From Candidatus Saccharimonadales bacterium (lineage in GTDB: Bacteria > Patescibacteriota > Saccharimonadia > Saccharimonadales > UBA10212): a DNA stretch of 55,433 nt. The notes below the pieces were generated by a model that had not been told where the DNA came from, did no database searches, and was given only the letters and a program-made list of their open reading frames with translations. Location: positions 1 to 55,433 of the forward strand of contig DASSFC010000020.1 in assembly GCA_035694865.1 (NCBI GenBank). Direction: 5' to 3'. The position numbers and the translations under genes are program-made. Shown here piece after piece: positions 1 through 8,435 of the stretch (within the stretch, counting starts at the first letter, position 1; each line of letters starts with the position of its first letter).

Positions 1-950
1 TCGTTTGCTGCGGACTCATCGGTTTACGCTTTCGTTATACCCGCGGCGTTAACTTTGCCAGCCAGGACTTCAAGCATATTCTGCGCAACCTGCCTCCACG
101 CTCAATCGACCAGGGGCTTGACTCCATTAACTCGATAGTTGAAACCAACCGGGCCAGCACTTTGTCACCGGGGTCAATAACGATTTATGAAAACGCCTAC
201 ACATTGCACTTGGCACCGATTTTGCTGGTTGGCACGGCGATTTCAACGGCGGCCTTCCCGCGCCTGAACGAACGGCTGGCCCAGGGGCGCCCCGATTTGT
301 TCAGGCGCGATTTCTTAATGGTCCTGCGGGCCATCATCTGGATCGTGGTGCCGGTGGTAGTTATCGCGTTCTTTACGCGGGCATATCTGGCCCGACTGAT
401 TTTTAAGAACCCCCAGCCGGAAATTGCCGGCGCTTTAGGCTTCTTAACCGGCGCTATTTTCTTCCGGACAATCTATGCGCTGATCAGCCGCTGGTTTTAC
501 GCCCAAAAAGATACCCGTACGCCACTGTTTGTTTCGCTTTTTACAATTGCACTTAACGTTTACCTTGCTTTCACTCTGGTTCGCGAAACCCACGATGTTG
601 TCAGTCTGGCGCTGGCCCAATCGATTGTTGCGGCCGTTGAGGTGTTTATACTGGTAAGCATTATGCTTTATCGTGACCATAAGCTGTTCGATGCCGAATT
701 TTGGAGCGGTATAACCCGCATTTTATCGGTCACCGGCTTCACGGTGCTGGTGACCTATATCATGGTCGAGCTCATACCGCTCAGCGTATCCGACCGCGGT
801 TTCATTAAACTGGCCACAAAACTGCTGGCTATCGTTATACCGACACTGTTCTTGCACATCTGGCTGTCGGCCTTGTTTGGCCTGGAAGAAGTCCGGCCGG
901 TCATCAATAAGCTTAAAGCACTCGTACTCAAGCCTGTCCGCATCCAGTAA
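1..950 (+). CDS. murJ: Lipid II flippase MurJ/MviN, C-terminal part (5' end lies outside the window)
   Basis: The reading frame is open from the window edge into the 162..950 ORF. Multi-TM protein with the RWFYAQKDTRTPL motif typical of MurJ. Confidence 0.7.
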   Translation, partial: VCCGLIGLRFRYTRGVNFASQDFKHILRNLPPRSIDQGLDSINSIVETNRASTLSPGSITIYENAYTLHLAPILLVGTAISTAAFPRLNERLAQGRPDLFRRDFLMVLRAIIWIVVPVVVIAFFTRAYLARLIFKNPQPEIAGALGFLTGAIFFRTIYALISRWFYAQKDTRTPLFVSLFTIALNVYLAFTLVRETHDVVSLALAQSIVAAVEVFILVSIMLYRDHKLFDAEFWSGITRILSVTGFTVLVTYIMVELIPLSVSDRGFIKLATKLLAIVIPTLFLHIWLSALFGLEEVRPVINKLKALVLKPVRIQ

Positions 951-973
951 CTACCTCTGTTATAATCAGTTGG

Positions 974-2749
974 ATGGATCAGGGACATATCCGTAATTTT
1001 TGTATTATCGCCCATATCGACCATGGCAAAAGCACACTGGCCGACAGATTACTGGAATTGACCGGCACGGTTCAAAAGCGTGAGATGAAAGCCCAGCTGC
1101 TCGACAAAATGGACCTGGAGCGCGAGCGGGGGATTACCATCAAGCTGGCACCGGTACGCATGAAGTACAAAGATTACGAACTCAACCTGATTGATACGCC
1201 CGGCCACGTTGATTTCAGCTACGAAGTCAGCCGATCACTGGCGGCGGTAGAGGGGGCCATCTTGGTAGTCGACGCCAGCCAGGGCGTCCAGGCCCAGACC
1301 TTAGCCAACGTTTATTTGGCACTGGCGGCCGAGCTCAAGATAATTCCGGTGCTGAATAAAATCGATTTGCCGGCGGCTGATATTGAGCGGGTCAGCGCTG
1401 AGCTTATCAACCTGCTGGGATGTAAAAAGGAAGATATTTTGTTGGTCAGCGCTAAAACCGGAGAAGGGGTAAGCCAGCTGTTGGATAGAATTATCGAGGA
1501 TGTGCCGGCGCCGGCCGGCGCCCCGGCCGGCGCCCCACGTGCCCTCATTTTTGATTCCTATTATGACGATTATCGTGGGGTTATTCTCTATATCCGCCAA
1601 TTCGACGGCCAAATCGCGAAAAATTCGCAGATAAAGATGTTAGGAACTCAAGCCGAAGGCCTGGCGCTTGAGGTTGGCTCTCTCAGCCCTGAAATGAAAA
1701 CAGCTGACAAATTAAACAGTGGTGAAATCGGCTACATAGTTACCAACCTCAAAACTACCCGCTCCGGAAGGGTCGGTGACACGGTGACTGTGGTCGGTTC
1801 TAAGGCTAAGCCGCTGGCTGGCTACAAAAATGTCCAGCCTTTCGTTTACGCCGGCTTCTTCCCGGAAAGCCATGAGAATTACCAAGCACTAAAAGATGCC
1901 GTCGAACGGCTCAGCCTCAGCGACTCGGCCCTGCAATCATCGCCTGAGAATTCGCCCGTTCTGGGTTTTGGCTTCCGAATCGGCTTTCTCGGACTTCTGC
2001 ATATGGATATCGTCCGTGAACGGTTAGAGCGTGAGTATAACCTTGATTTGATCGTTACTAACCCCTCGACCGATTACAAAGTTGGGCTAACGGACGGTAC
2101 CGAAATCGACATCAAGTCCGCCTCTGAGCTGCCCGATATCAGCCAGGTCGCGGAAATTAAAGAGCCATGGGTCAAAGGTGAAGTAGTCTGCCCGTCCCAG
2201 TATGTCGGCAGGGTCTTGCAATTAATCGTGGCGGCCCGCGGCCTGCAGAAACACATCGGCTATATGGATAACCTGGCAGTCATAGACTTTGAGGCGCCGC
2301 TGGCGAATTTGCTGACCGACTTTTACGACCAGCTTAAGAGCATTACCAGCGGCTACGGCTCGTTCAACTATGAATTAGCCGAGTACCGGGCCGAGGAGCT
2401 GGTCCGGCTGGATTTTTATGTGGCCGGGGATAAAATCGATGCCTTGTCGGTCATGGTGCATAAAACAGAGGCGGAGCGGCTGGCGCGGAATGCCGTGTCC
2501 AAGCTAAAAGAGGTAATTCCGCGCCAGCAGTTCAAAGTAGCCCTGCAGGCGGCGGTTGGCGGCAAATTCATCGCCCGTGAAGATATAAGCGCTTACCGCA
2601 AAGATGTGACAACGGGTCTTTATGGCGGCGACGTTACGCGCAAGAAAAAAGTTTTGGCCAAGCAAAAAAAAGGCAAGGAGCGGATGAAGCGTTTCGGCAA
2701 AGTCGATATACCAGCCGAGGCATTCGCTGTTATGCTAAGGAGAGATTAA
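974..2749 (+). CDS. lepA: Translation elongation factor 4 (LepA)
   Basis: GTPase motifs AHIDHGKST, DTPGHVDF and NKID. Full-length EF4 layout with the basic C-terminal LepA tail. Confidence 0.97.
   Translation: MDQGHIRNFCIIAHIDHGKSTLADRLLELTGTVQKREMKAQLLDKMDLERERGITIKLAPVRMKYKDYELNLIDTPGHVDFSYEVSRSLAAVEGAILVVDASQGVQAQTLANVYLALAAELKIIPVLNKIDLPAADIERVSAELINLLGCKKEDILLVSAKTGEGVSQLLDRIIEDVPAPAGAPAGAPRALIFDSYYDDYRGVILYIRQFDGQIAKNSQIKMLGTQAEGLALEVGSLSPEMKTADKLNSGEIGYIVTNLKTTRSGRVGDTVTVVGSKAKPLAGYKNVQPFVYAGFFPESHENYQALKDAVERLSLSDSALQSSPENSPVLGFGFRIGFLGLLHMDIVRERLEREYNLDLIVTNPSTDYKVGLTDGTEIDIKSASELPDISQVAEIKEPWVKGEVVCPSQYVGRVLQLIVAARGLQKHIGYMDNLAVIDFEAPLANLLTDFYDQLKSITSGYGSFNYELAEYRAEELVRLDFYVAGDKIDALSVMVHKTEAERLARNAVSKLKEVIPRQQFKVALQAAVGGKFIAREDISAYRKDVTTGLYGGDVTRKKKVLAKQKKGKERMKRFGKVDIPAEAFAVMLRRD
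1514..1537 (+). repeat. Tandem 12-nt duplication (gccggcgccccg/gccggcgcccca) encoding AGAP-AGAP inside lepA
   Basis: Read directly from the sequence. It sits in the low-complexity linker after the G domain (PAPAGAPAGAPRALIFDS). Confidence 0.8.
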
Positions 2750-3436
2750 ATGACAAGAGATGACTTTTTAAAGCAGTTGCCCGAGCTGGTTAAGGATTAC
2801 CAGCCCTTACCGGAGGTTGGGGCCAGGATCGCCAACGTCGATCTTTTGATGGTGGTAGGTGCGACGGGGGTGGGCAAAACCAGCATCATTAAGCGGCTAA
2901 ACATACCCTTTGTCATTACGGACACAACCCGTCCCTCCCGGCCAGACGAAATCGATGGCTCAGATTACAATTTCCGTTCGGATTACGACCAGATTGTCGC
3001 CGAAATAAAGGGGCGCAAATTCGTCCAGGTCAATATTTTTCCAACTGGCGACTTTTATGGCACCAAGGCCAGCGCTTATCCAGAACTAGGTTTCGCTGAC
3101 TACGCCATTGTGGCAGATAGGGTGCCGGAATTTAGAAAGATGGGCTTTAATGAAACGATTACCGCCTACATAACACCGCCGAATTTCTTAGAATGGATGA
3201 GCCGGATTGATCGCCATAACGCCGAAAGCGACCAGCTGGCCCAGCGGCTGGAGGAAGCCAAACGCTCGTTTAATTTCGCCCTGAACGATAAAGACACGCA
3301 CTTTATACTTAATGACGATTTAGATATGGCGGTCCACCAGACCGAAATGCTACTTAACGGTAAAACCGACCCGGCCCGCGAAGCCAAAGCCCGGGAGAAT
3401 GCCGAGCAGATCTATAAAGAGCTAACCTTTGCTTAA
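2750..3436 (+). CDS. Guanylate-kinase-like P-loop NMP kinase (divergent)
   Basis: P-loop GATGVGKTS plus TDTTRPSRPDEIDGSDYNF, which matches the guanylate-kinase TTRxxRxxExxGxxYxF signature. The start abuts the lepA stop. Confidence 0.6.
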   Translation: MTRDDFLKQLPELVKDYQPLPEVGARIANVDLLMVVGATGVGKTSIIKRLNIPFVITDTTRPSRPDEIDGSDYNFRSDYDQIVAEIKGRKFVQVNIFPTGDFYGTKASAYPELGFADYAIVADRVPEFRKMGFNETITAYITPPNFLEWMSRIDRHNAESDQLAQRLEEAKRSFNFALNDKDTHFILNDDLDMAVHQTEMLLNGKTDPAREAKARENAEQIYKELTFA

Positions 3437-3444
3437 GGAAGCTC

Positions 3445-4173
3445 ATGCAGCTTAAGCACTTCAATGAATTCAAGGATATATTAGATAAATATAAGGTGTC
3501 TCCGCGTGCTCTGCAGGCCACTAAGGATTTGCGCCTTGTCATTTTAGTTGCGCCGACGTCGGCCGGCAAGAATACGATTATTCGGCATCAATCAGGTACC
3601 GGGCGTTACTATAATCTGGTATCTGATACAACCCGCCCGCCACGCCAAAACGATGGTGTGCTGGAACAAAACGGTAAGGAATATTGGTTCAGGACCGAAG
3701 AGGAGATGCTGAGGGACTTACACGCCGGAGAGCTGCTGGAAGCTGAGATTATCCATAAGCAACAAGTTTCAGGTATCAGTATCCGCGAACTGGAAAAAGC
3801 CCAGAACGAAGGTAAGATAGCTATTACTGATGTCGATCTCAAAGGTATTCACAATATTATGCGGATTAAGCCCGACACCCTAGCGATTATGCTGATTCCG
3901 CCCAGTTTCGAAGAATGGATGCGCCGATTCGCCAGCCGAGGCAAGATGAACCCCGATGAGCAAAAACGCCGGCTGCAAACAGCCCAAAAGCTTTTCCAGG
4001 ACGGGCTCGACCAGGATTATTATCACTTTGTCATTTCGGAAAACATTGAGCAGTCAGCCGCCCTGATAGACGCTGTGGTTGAGGGCAAAGCCAACCCACA
4101 CCAGGGAAGGGGGCGGGATTTACTGCAGCACTTAAAATCATCGCTTGAAGACAAACTCGACACTATTAATTAG
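3445..4173 (+). CDS. Guanylate-kinase-like P-loop NMP kinase, tandem paralog
   Basis: P-loop APTSAGKNT plus SDTTRPPRQNDG...KEYWFRTEEEM. Same family as the preceding gene. Confidence 0.6.
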   Translation: MQLKHFNEFKDILDKYKVSPRALQATKDLRLVILVAPTSAGKNTIIRHQSGTGRYYNLVSDTTRPPRQNDGVLEQNGKEYWFRTEEEMLRDLHAGELLEAEIIHKQQVSGISIRELEKAQNEGKIAITDVDLKGIHNIMRIKPDTLAIMLIPPSFEEWMRRFASRGKMNPDEQKRRLQTAQKLFQDGLDQDYYHFVISENIEQSAALIDAVVEGKANPHQGRGRDLLQHLKSSLEDKLDTIN

Positions 4174-4196
4174 CACTCTTGACAGGCGAGTGCCAA
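4170..4196. promoter_or_regulatory. CIRCE operator copy 1 (TTAGCACTC-N9-GAGTGCCAA)
   Basis: 17/18 match to the CIRCE consensus TTAGCACTC-N9-GAGTGCTAA. Overlaps the -35 box of the hrcA promoter. Confidence 0.85.
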
Positions 4197-4208
4197 CGTA
4201 TCTACAAT
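4179..4208 (+). promoter_or_regulatory. Sigma-70-type promoter of the hrcA operon (TTGACA-18 nt-TACAAT)
   Basis: TTGACA at 4179..4184 and TACAAT at 4203..4208, embedded between the two CIRCE copies. Confidence 0.6.
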
Positions 4209-4217
4209 AGTAGGTAC

Positions 4218-4244
4218 TTAGCAATATAGTTTTGCGAGTGCTAA
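4218..4244. promoter_or_regulatory. CIRCE operator copy 2 (TTAGCAATA-N9-GAGTGCTAA)
   Basis: 16/18 match to the CIRCE consensus. It ends exactly at the hrcA ATG (4245). Confidence 0.75.
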
Positions 4245-4949
4245 ATGACGGATAGACAAGCCAAGATTTTACAGGCGATAGTCGAGCAATACGCCGAAGT
4301 CGCCAGCCCGGTTGGCAGCAGTTTGCTGGCCAAGGTTTTTGATGTTTCCAGTGCCACCGTGCGGGCCGAAATGGCTGCCTTGGAGCGAGAGGGTTACATT
4401 AAACAGCCGCACACCAGCGCCGGCCGGGTGCCTACAGATAAAGGCTATCGATTTTACGTCAACCAGCTGGCCGAAAACACTGAATTACCGGGAGAAAAAC
4501 GGGCCCAGCGGGCTCTGACGGCTCGCGTCCAGCATGGTGGTTTACCAGAGCAGACCATCCGCAACGCAGTTGATACGCTGGTAGAGCTGACCCACAACCT
4601 GGGTATGGCGACCATCGGGAATCAGCTTTACATGAGCGGCTTATCCAATTTGTTCGGCCAGCCGGATTTCATGCATCCGGGTCAGGTCCAGGAGGTTGCG
4701 AGGCTCTTAGACAACCTGCAGCCCTGGCTGAACGAGGCCGCGCCGAACGAACCGCTTAGCGTATACATCGGCCGCGAGAACCCGATAGGCCGCAGTGCCG
4801 GCGCCAGCCTGATAATCAGCCGCTTCCGCAGCCCATTCAGCGACCGCAGTTATATCGGTGTTCTGGGGCCGACCAGGCAGAGCTATAAAGATGTCATGAG
4901 CCTGGTCGGCCGCGCCGGCCAAGCCCTGGAGGAAACGCTATATGTCTGA
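4245..4949 (+). CDS. hrcA: Heat-inducible transcription repressor HrcA (short, 234 aa)
   Basis: N-terminal wHTH segment SSATVRAEMAALEREGYIKQPHTSAGRVPTDKGYRFYV. CIRCE elements upstream; grpE-dnaK-dnaJ downstream. Confidence 0.85.
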   Translation: MTDRQAKILQAIVEQYAEVASPVGSSLLAKVFDVSSATVRAEMAALEREGYIKQPHTSAGRVPTDKGYRFYVNQLAENTELPGEKRAQRALTARVQHGGLPEQTIRNAVDTLVELTHNLGMATIGNQLYMSGLSNLFGQPDFMHPGQVQEVARLLDNLQPWLNEAAPNEPLSVYIGRENPIGRSAGASLIISRFRSPFSDRSYIGVLGPTRQSYKDVMSLVGRAGQALEETLYV

Positions 4950-5175
4950 AACAGTTAAATCTAGTGGAACCTATGATCACTTTACTAATGTTTTCTATGC
5001 CTCGCACGAACATGATCCGGAGGCTTTGGCATCTGCAAAGGCCGTAAATGATATGTTCAATCAATGTCTTATTAACCTTGGTATAGGTGACCCCAGTCAA
5101 TTACCTCAGGAAATTAGAGAATACCTTGAAAAAGAAGCTGAAGAAGTACTTAAGATGGGAGCACACCATGACTAA
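4942..5175 (+). CDS. Hypothetical 77-aa protein wedged between hrcA and grpE
   Basis: The ATG overlaps the hrcA stop (ATGTCTGA) and its stop overlaps the grpE ATG (ATGACTAA). GC is clearly lower than in the neighbours. No recognisable motif. Confidence 0.4.
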   Translation: MSETVKSSGTYDHFTNVFYASHEHDPEALASAKAVNDMFNQCLINLGIGDPSQLPQEIREYLEKEAEEVLKMGAHHD

Positions 5176-5632
5176 GAAGCCGACAATCAAAGAATTGGAA
5201 CATAAAATCGGTGAGCTGACCGAGGCGCTGCAGCGCGAACGGGCCGACGCCGAGAACTTGCGCCGCCGAACTCAAGAAGAAAAATCTAGGTTAGGTGAGT
5301 TCTATAAAGCTATGGTTATCCAGGAACTCCTCCCGGCTCTAGATAATCTTGAGCGCGCCTTTAAACACACGCCCAAAGAGCTCAAGGACAATGAGTATGT
5401 CAAAGGTTTAAGAAGTGTCATGAAGCAATTCGAACAATGCTTTGCCCAGCTTGGGGTCAAACGGATTAAAACCGTGGGAGAGGTGTTTGACCCCAGACTG
5501 CACGAAGCAGTCCACATGGAGGAAGGCAACGGCACGGTTGAAGTTGTTTGCGAGGAACTTCAACCGGGTTACCTCCTGGGTGACGAAGTTATCCGCCATG
5601 CCATGGTCAAAGTTAAGATGGAGAAAAAGTAA
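5168..5632 (+). CDS. grpE: Nucleotide exchange factor GrpE
   Basis: Coiled-coil N-terminus followed by LLPALDNLERA and DPRLHEAV motifs. I chose the internal ATG at 5168 (MTKKPTIKELE...) rather than the 5087 ORF start. Confidence 0.9.
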   Translation: MTKKPTIKELEHKIGELTEALQRERADAENLRRRTQEEKSRLGEFYKAMVIQELLPALDNLERAFKHTPKELKDNEYVKGLRSVMKQFEQCFAQLGVKRIKTVGEVFDPRLHEAVHMEEGNGTVEVVCEELQPGYLLGDEVIRHAMVKVKMEKK

Positions 5633-5868
5633 TGAGCAGACAGGAACGAATAAACACACCAAACGGCGACACTTTCAGGCCGGGTGAGGATTATTGGCCA
5701 AAACCAAAAATCCCAGCCACAGGTGAAACTAGCGAAGATCCTAAACCGGCAGTGACGGAAGCAGCCCTATCAATTAAAAGGCTACTCGGCAATCAAAGGT
5801 TAAGCCGTACCGAGGCTCAGGGCGCAAGAATACCGGTAAAGAGAAGAGAGGAGAATTCAGATGGCTAA
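5632..5868 (+). CDS. Hypothetical 78-aa protein between grpE and dnaK
   Basis: The ATG shares a base with the grpE stop (TAATG) and its stop overlaps the dnaK ATG (ATGGCTAA). Hydrophilic with no motif. Confidence 0.4.
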   Translation: MSRQERINTPNGDTFRPGEDYWPKPKIPATGETSEDPKPAVTEAALSIKRLLGNQRLSRTEAQGARIPVKRREENSDG

Positions 5869-7789
5869 GATTATAGGAATCGATTTAGGAACAACCAACT
5901 CCGCGATGGCGGTGATGCAATCCGGTAAGCCGGAAATCATCGCCAATAGCGAAGGCAACCGCACTACGCCGAGCGTGGTAGCGATTAATAAAAACGGCGA
6001 GCGGCTGGTCGGCCAGGTGGCTAACCGCCAGCGCGTCACCAACCCGACCAACACCATTTTTGGAGTTAAGCGCCTGATTGGCCGCAAGTTTGAAGATAAA
6101 GAGGTCCAGCGTGACATCGAGCTGATGCCGTATAAAATCGTCAAAGCCGGTACCGGCGTAAAAGTAGAGATGGCCGGCAAAGAATATAGCCCCGAAGAAG
6201 TCAGCGGCATGATTTTGAGCAAACTTAAGGCTGATGCAGAGGCCTTTTTGGGCGAGCCGGTTACAGAGGCCGTGATTACCGTGCCGGCGTACTTTGATGA
6301 CAGCCAGCGGCAAGCTACCAAGGACGCCGGCAAAATCGCCGGCCTGGAGGTCAAGCGCATCATCAACGAGCCGACGGCCGCCGCCCTGGCCTACGGCTTA
6401 GATAAAGGCAAAGAAGAGAAAATTGCCGTCTTTGACCTGGGCGGCGGCACTTTCGATGTTTCAATCCTGCAATTGGGCGAAGGTGTCTTTGAGGTCTTAA
6501 GCACCAACGGTGATACCCACTTGGGCGGTGAGGACTTCGATATGCGTATCGTCAACCACTTCGTCGAGCAATTCAAAAAAGAGTCCGGTATAGATGTTAA
6601 AGACGACAAAGCGGCCATGCAGCGGCTCAAAGAAGAGGCCGAAAAAGCCAAGAAAGAGCTGTCAACAACGGAGGTAGCTGATATCAACCTGCCATTCCTA
6701 ACTGCTGACGCCGAGGGGCCAAAGCACTTTGAGTACAAACTGACCCGCGCCAAACTGATTGAGCTGGTCCAGGACCTGATTGACCAAACGGCTGTGCCAT
6801 GCGAAAAGGCTATCAAAGACGCCAAGCTGACAGCAAAGGACATCAATGAAATCGTCCTGGTCGGTGGCATGACCCGCATGCCGGCAGTTGTCGATAAGGT
6901 CAAGCAAATCTTCGGCAAAGACCCCTTGCAAGGAGTTAACCCTGATGAAGTCGTCGCCATCGGCGCGGCCATCCAGGGTGGAGTGCTGCAGGGCGATGTC
7001 AAAGACGTGCTGCTTCTGGATGTCACGCCACTGTCTTTAGGAATCGAGACGCTTGGAGGAGTTACTACCAAACTGATCGAGCGTAACACTACAATCCCGA
7101 CCAGCAAGAGCGAGGTTTTCAGTACCGCAGCTGACAATCAGAACAGCGTCGAAATCCACGTTTTACAGGGTGAGCGCGAGATGAGCGCCGACAATAAATC
7201 GCTCGGCCGATTTATCCTAGACGGTATTCCGCCGGCGCCGCGCGGTGTGCCGCAGATTGAGGTTGCTTTTAACATCGATGCCAACGGTATTTTAAATGTC
7301 ACCGCTAAAGACAAAGGCACCGGCAAGGAGCAGAGTATTACCATCCAGGGCAGCGGCAATTTAGATAAGGCCGAGGTAGAGAAAGCTGCCAAGGATGCCG
7401 AAGCCCACGCCGAAGAAGACAAGAAAAAACGCGAAGCCATCGAGGCCAAGAACATGCTCGAGAACGCGGTTTACCAGGCCGAGAAGATGAAGACCGACTA
7501 CAAGGACAAATTGTCTGAGGAAGATGTCAAAACTTTGGATGAGGCCGTCAGCGAGGCCAAAACACATCTTGAGGCAACCGATAAAGAAGAGCTGGAAAAG
7601 GCCGCTAAAGAGCTGAGTGACAAGCTCATGCCGATTGGCTCCAAGATGTACGAAGCTGCCCAGGCAGAATCTAAGCCCGAAGCTGAGAGCGGCGACAAAC
7701 CGGACGACAAGAAATCCGACAAAGACGAGCCGATTGAAGGCGAAGTCGTCGACGACAAAGATAAGAAAGAAGAAGGTGATGCCAAGTAA
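5861..7789 (+). CDS. dnaK: Chaperone DnaK (Hsp70)
   Basis: [17 protein letters not shown] and [10 protein letters not shown] signatures; full length at 642 aa. Confidence 0.98.
   Translation: MAKIIGIDLGTTNSAMAVMQSGKPEIIANSEGNRTTPSVVAINKNGERLVGQVANRQRVTNPTNTIFGVKRLIGRKFEDKEVQRDIELMPYKIVKAGTGVKVEMAGKEYSPEEVSGMILSKLKADAEAFLGEPVTEAVITVPAYFDDSQRQATKDAGKIAGLEVKRIINEPTAAALAYGLDKGKEEKIAVFDLGGGTFDVSILQLGEGVFEVLSTNGDTHLGGEDFDMRIVNHFVEQFKKESGIDVKDDKAAMQRLKEEAEKAKKELSTTEVADINLPFLTADAEGPKHFEYKLTRAKLIELVQDLIDQTAVPCEKAIKDAKLTAKDINEIVLVGGMTRMPAVVDKVKQIFGKDPLQGVNPDEVVAIGAAIQGGVLQGDVKDVLLLDVTPLSLGIETLGGVTTKLIERNTTIPTSKSEVFSTAADNQNSVEIHVLQGEREMSADNKSLGRFILDGIPPAPRGVPQIEVAFNIDANGILNVTAKDKGTGKEQSITIQGSGNLDKAEVEKAAKDAEAHAEEDKKKREAIEAKNMLENAVYQAEKMKTDYKDKLSEEDVKTLDEAVSEAKTHLEATDKEELEKAAKELSDKLMPIGSKMYEAAQAESKPEAESGDKPDDKKSDKDEPIEGEVVDDKDKKEEGDAK
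7735..7758 (+). repeat. Direct repeat copy 1 (TGAAGGCGAAGTCGTCGACGACAA), the dnaK 3' tail
   Basis: Identical 24-mer recurs at 8237..8260. Encodes EGEVVDDK. Confidence 0.95.
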
Positions 7790-8273
7790 AGGGTTGGAGA
7801 AATTACACAGTCATGAAATGGTAGGCAAATCTCTTGAAGAGTTGCTTAGACTATGTTTTGCAAATTATCCATTTTCCGGAATTGAGACTGAAGCAGACTT
7901 ACCAGTGGAGGTTTCGCGTCAACTTCAAATGGATTGGGCTAGCTCAAGAGAGCATCCTGAGGGTTACGGTAGAGAATTTCTAATTGTCAGAAATACCGCC
8001 AAAGCTCACCTGCATGGAGATGAGTATGTCACAATCCCTGGGACAGAAAGCTTCAGCATAAAGCACACTTATTTGGTCAGCAATCCGACTGATGATCCTC
8101 GTGTTTCCAGGTTTGAGGAAAGAAAAAATCGGGATTTTGCCTCTGGGTCATCAAATGCAAGCGGGTCGCTTTCAGAACCTGAATCCCTCGATCTAGTAAA
8201 AGAATATTTGTTACCCGCTTTTCGACCGGACTTGGCTGAAGGCGAAGTCGTCGACGACAAGAAAGAAGGTTAG
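7779..8273 (+). CDS. Hypothetical 164-aa protein inserted between dnaK and dnaJ; its C-terminus copies the DnaK tail
   Basis: The ATG at 7779 overlaps the dnaK stop by 11 nt. The body is about 40% GC versus about 50% in dnaK. The protein ends [12 protein letters not shown], encoded by the duplicated 24-mer. Confidence 0.5.
   Translation: MPSKGLEKLHSHEMVGKSLEELLRLCFANYPFSGIETEADLPVEVSRQLQMDWASSREHPEGYGREFLIVRNTAKAHLHGDEYVTIPGTESFSIKHTYLVSNPTDDPRVSRFEERKNRDFASGSSNASGSLSEPESLDLVKEYLLPAFRPDLAEGEVVDDKKEG
8237..8260 (+). repeat. Direct repeat copy 2 of the dnaK tail 24-mer
   Basis: Perfect match to 7735..7758. The similarity continues imperfectly (GAAAGAAGG) for about 10 more nt. Confidence 0.95.
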
Positions 8274-8435
8274 ATGAAGCCAGGTAATTTCCTGCGCTAC
8301 GTAGTTTTGCCGGCGGCCATGCTGGCCGCCGGCGTCAAGCTAGGTGTCAAATACGCCAAAGATAACTATGTATCTAAGGACCGCCGCTTCATCGAAGCCG
8401 AAATCCTAAAGCGAGAGAAACAGAAAAATGGCTAA
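8274..8435 (+). CDS. Possible 53-aa small protein ([25 protein letters not shown]...) upstream of dnaJ
   Basis: The ATG immediately follows the TAG of the preceding ORF, and its stop overlaps the dnaJ ATG (ATGGCTAA). One hydrophobic segment. It falls below the ORF-track length cutoff. Confidence 0.3.
   Translation: MKPGNFLRYVVLPAAMLAAGVKLGVKYAKDNYVSKDRRFIEAEILKREKQKNG

Noticed and set aside
5857-7785. Long antisense and out-of-frame ORFs within dnaK (5857..6366, 5885..6313, 6391..7137, 7138..7455, 7498..7785). Similar shadow ORFs lie opposite ftsH, pilB, recA, rny and dnaJ.
   Set aside because: They lie entirely within genes that have unambiguous family signatures. Their products are low-complexity Ser/Ala/Leu-rich shadows without start signals.
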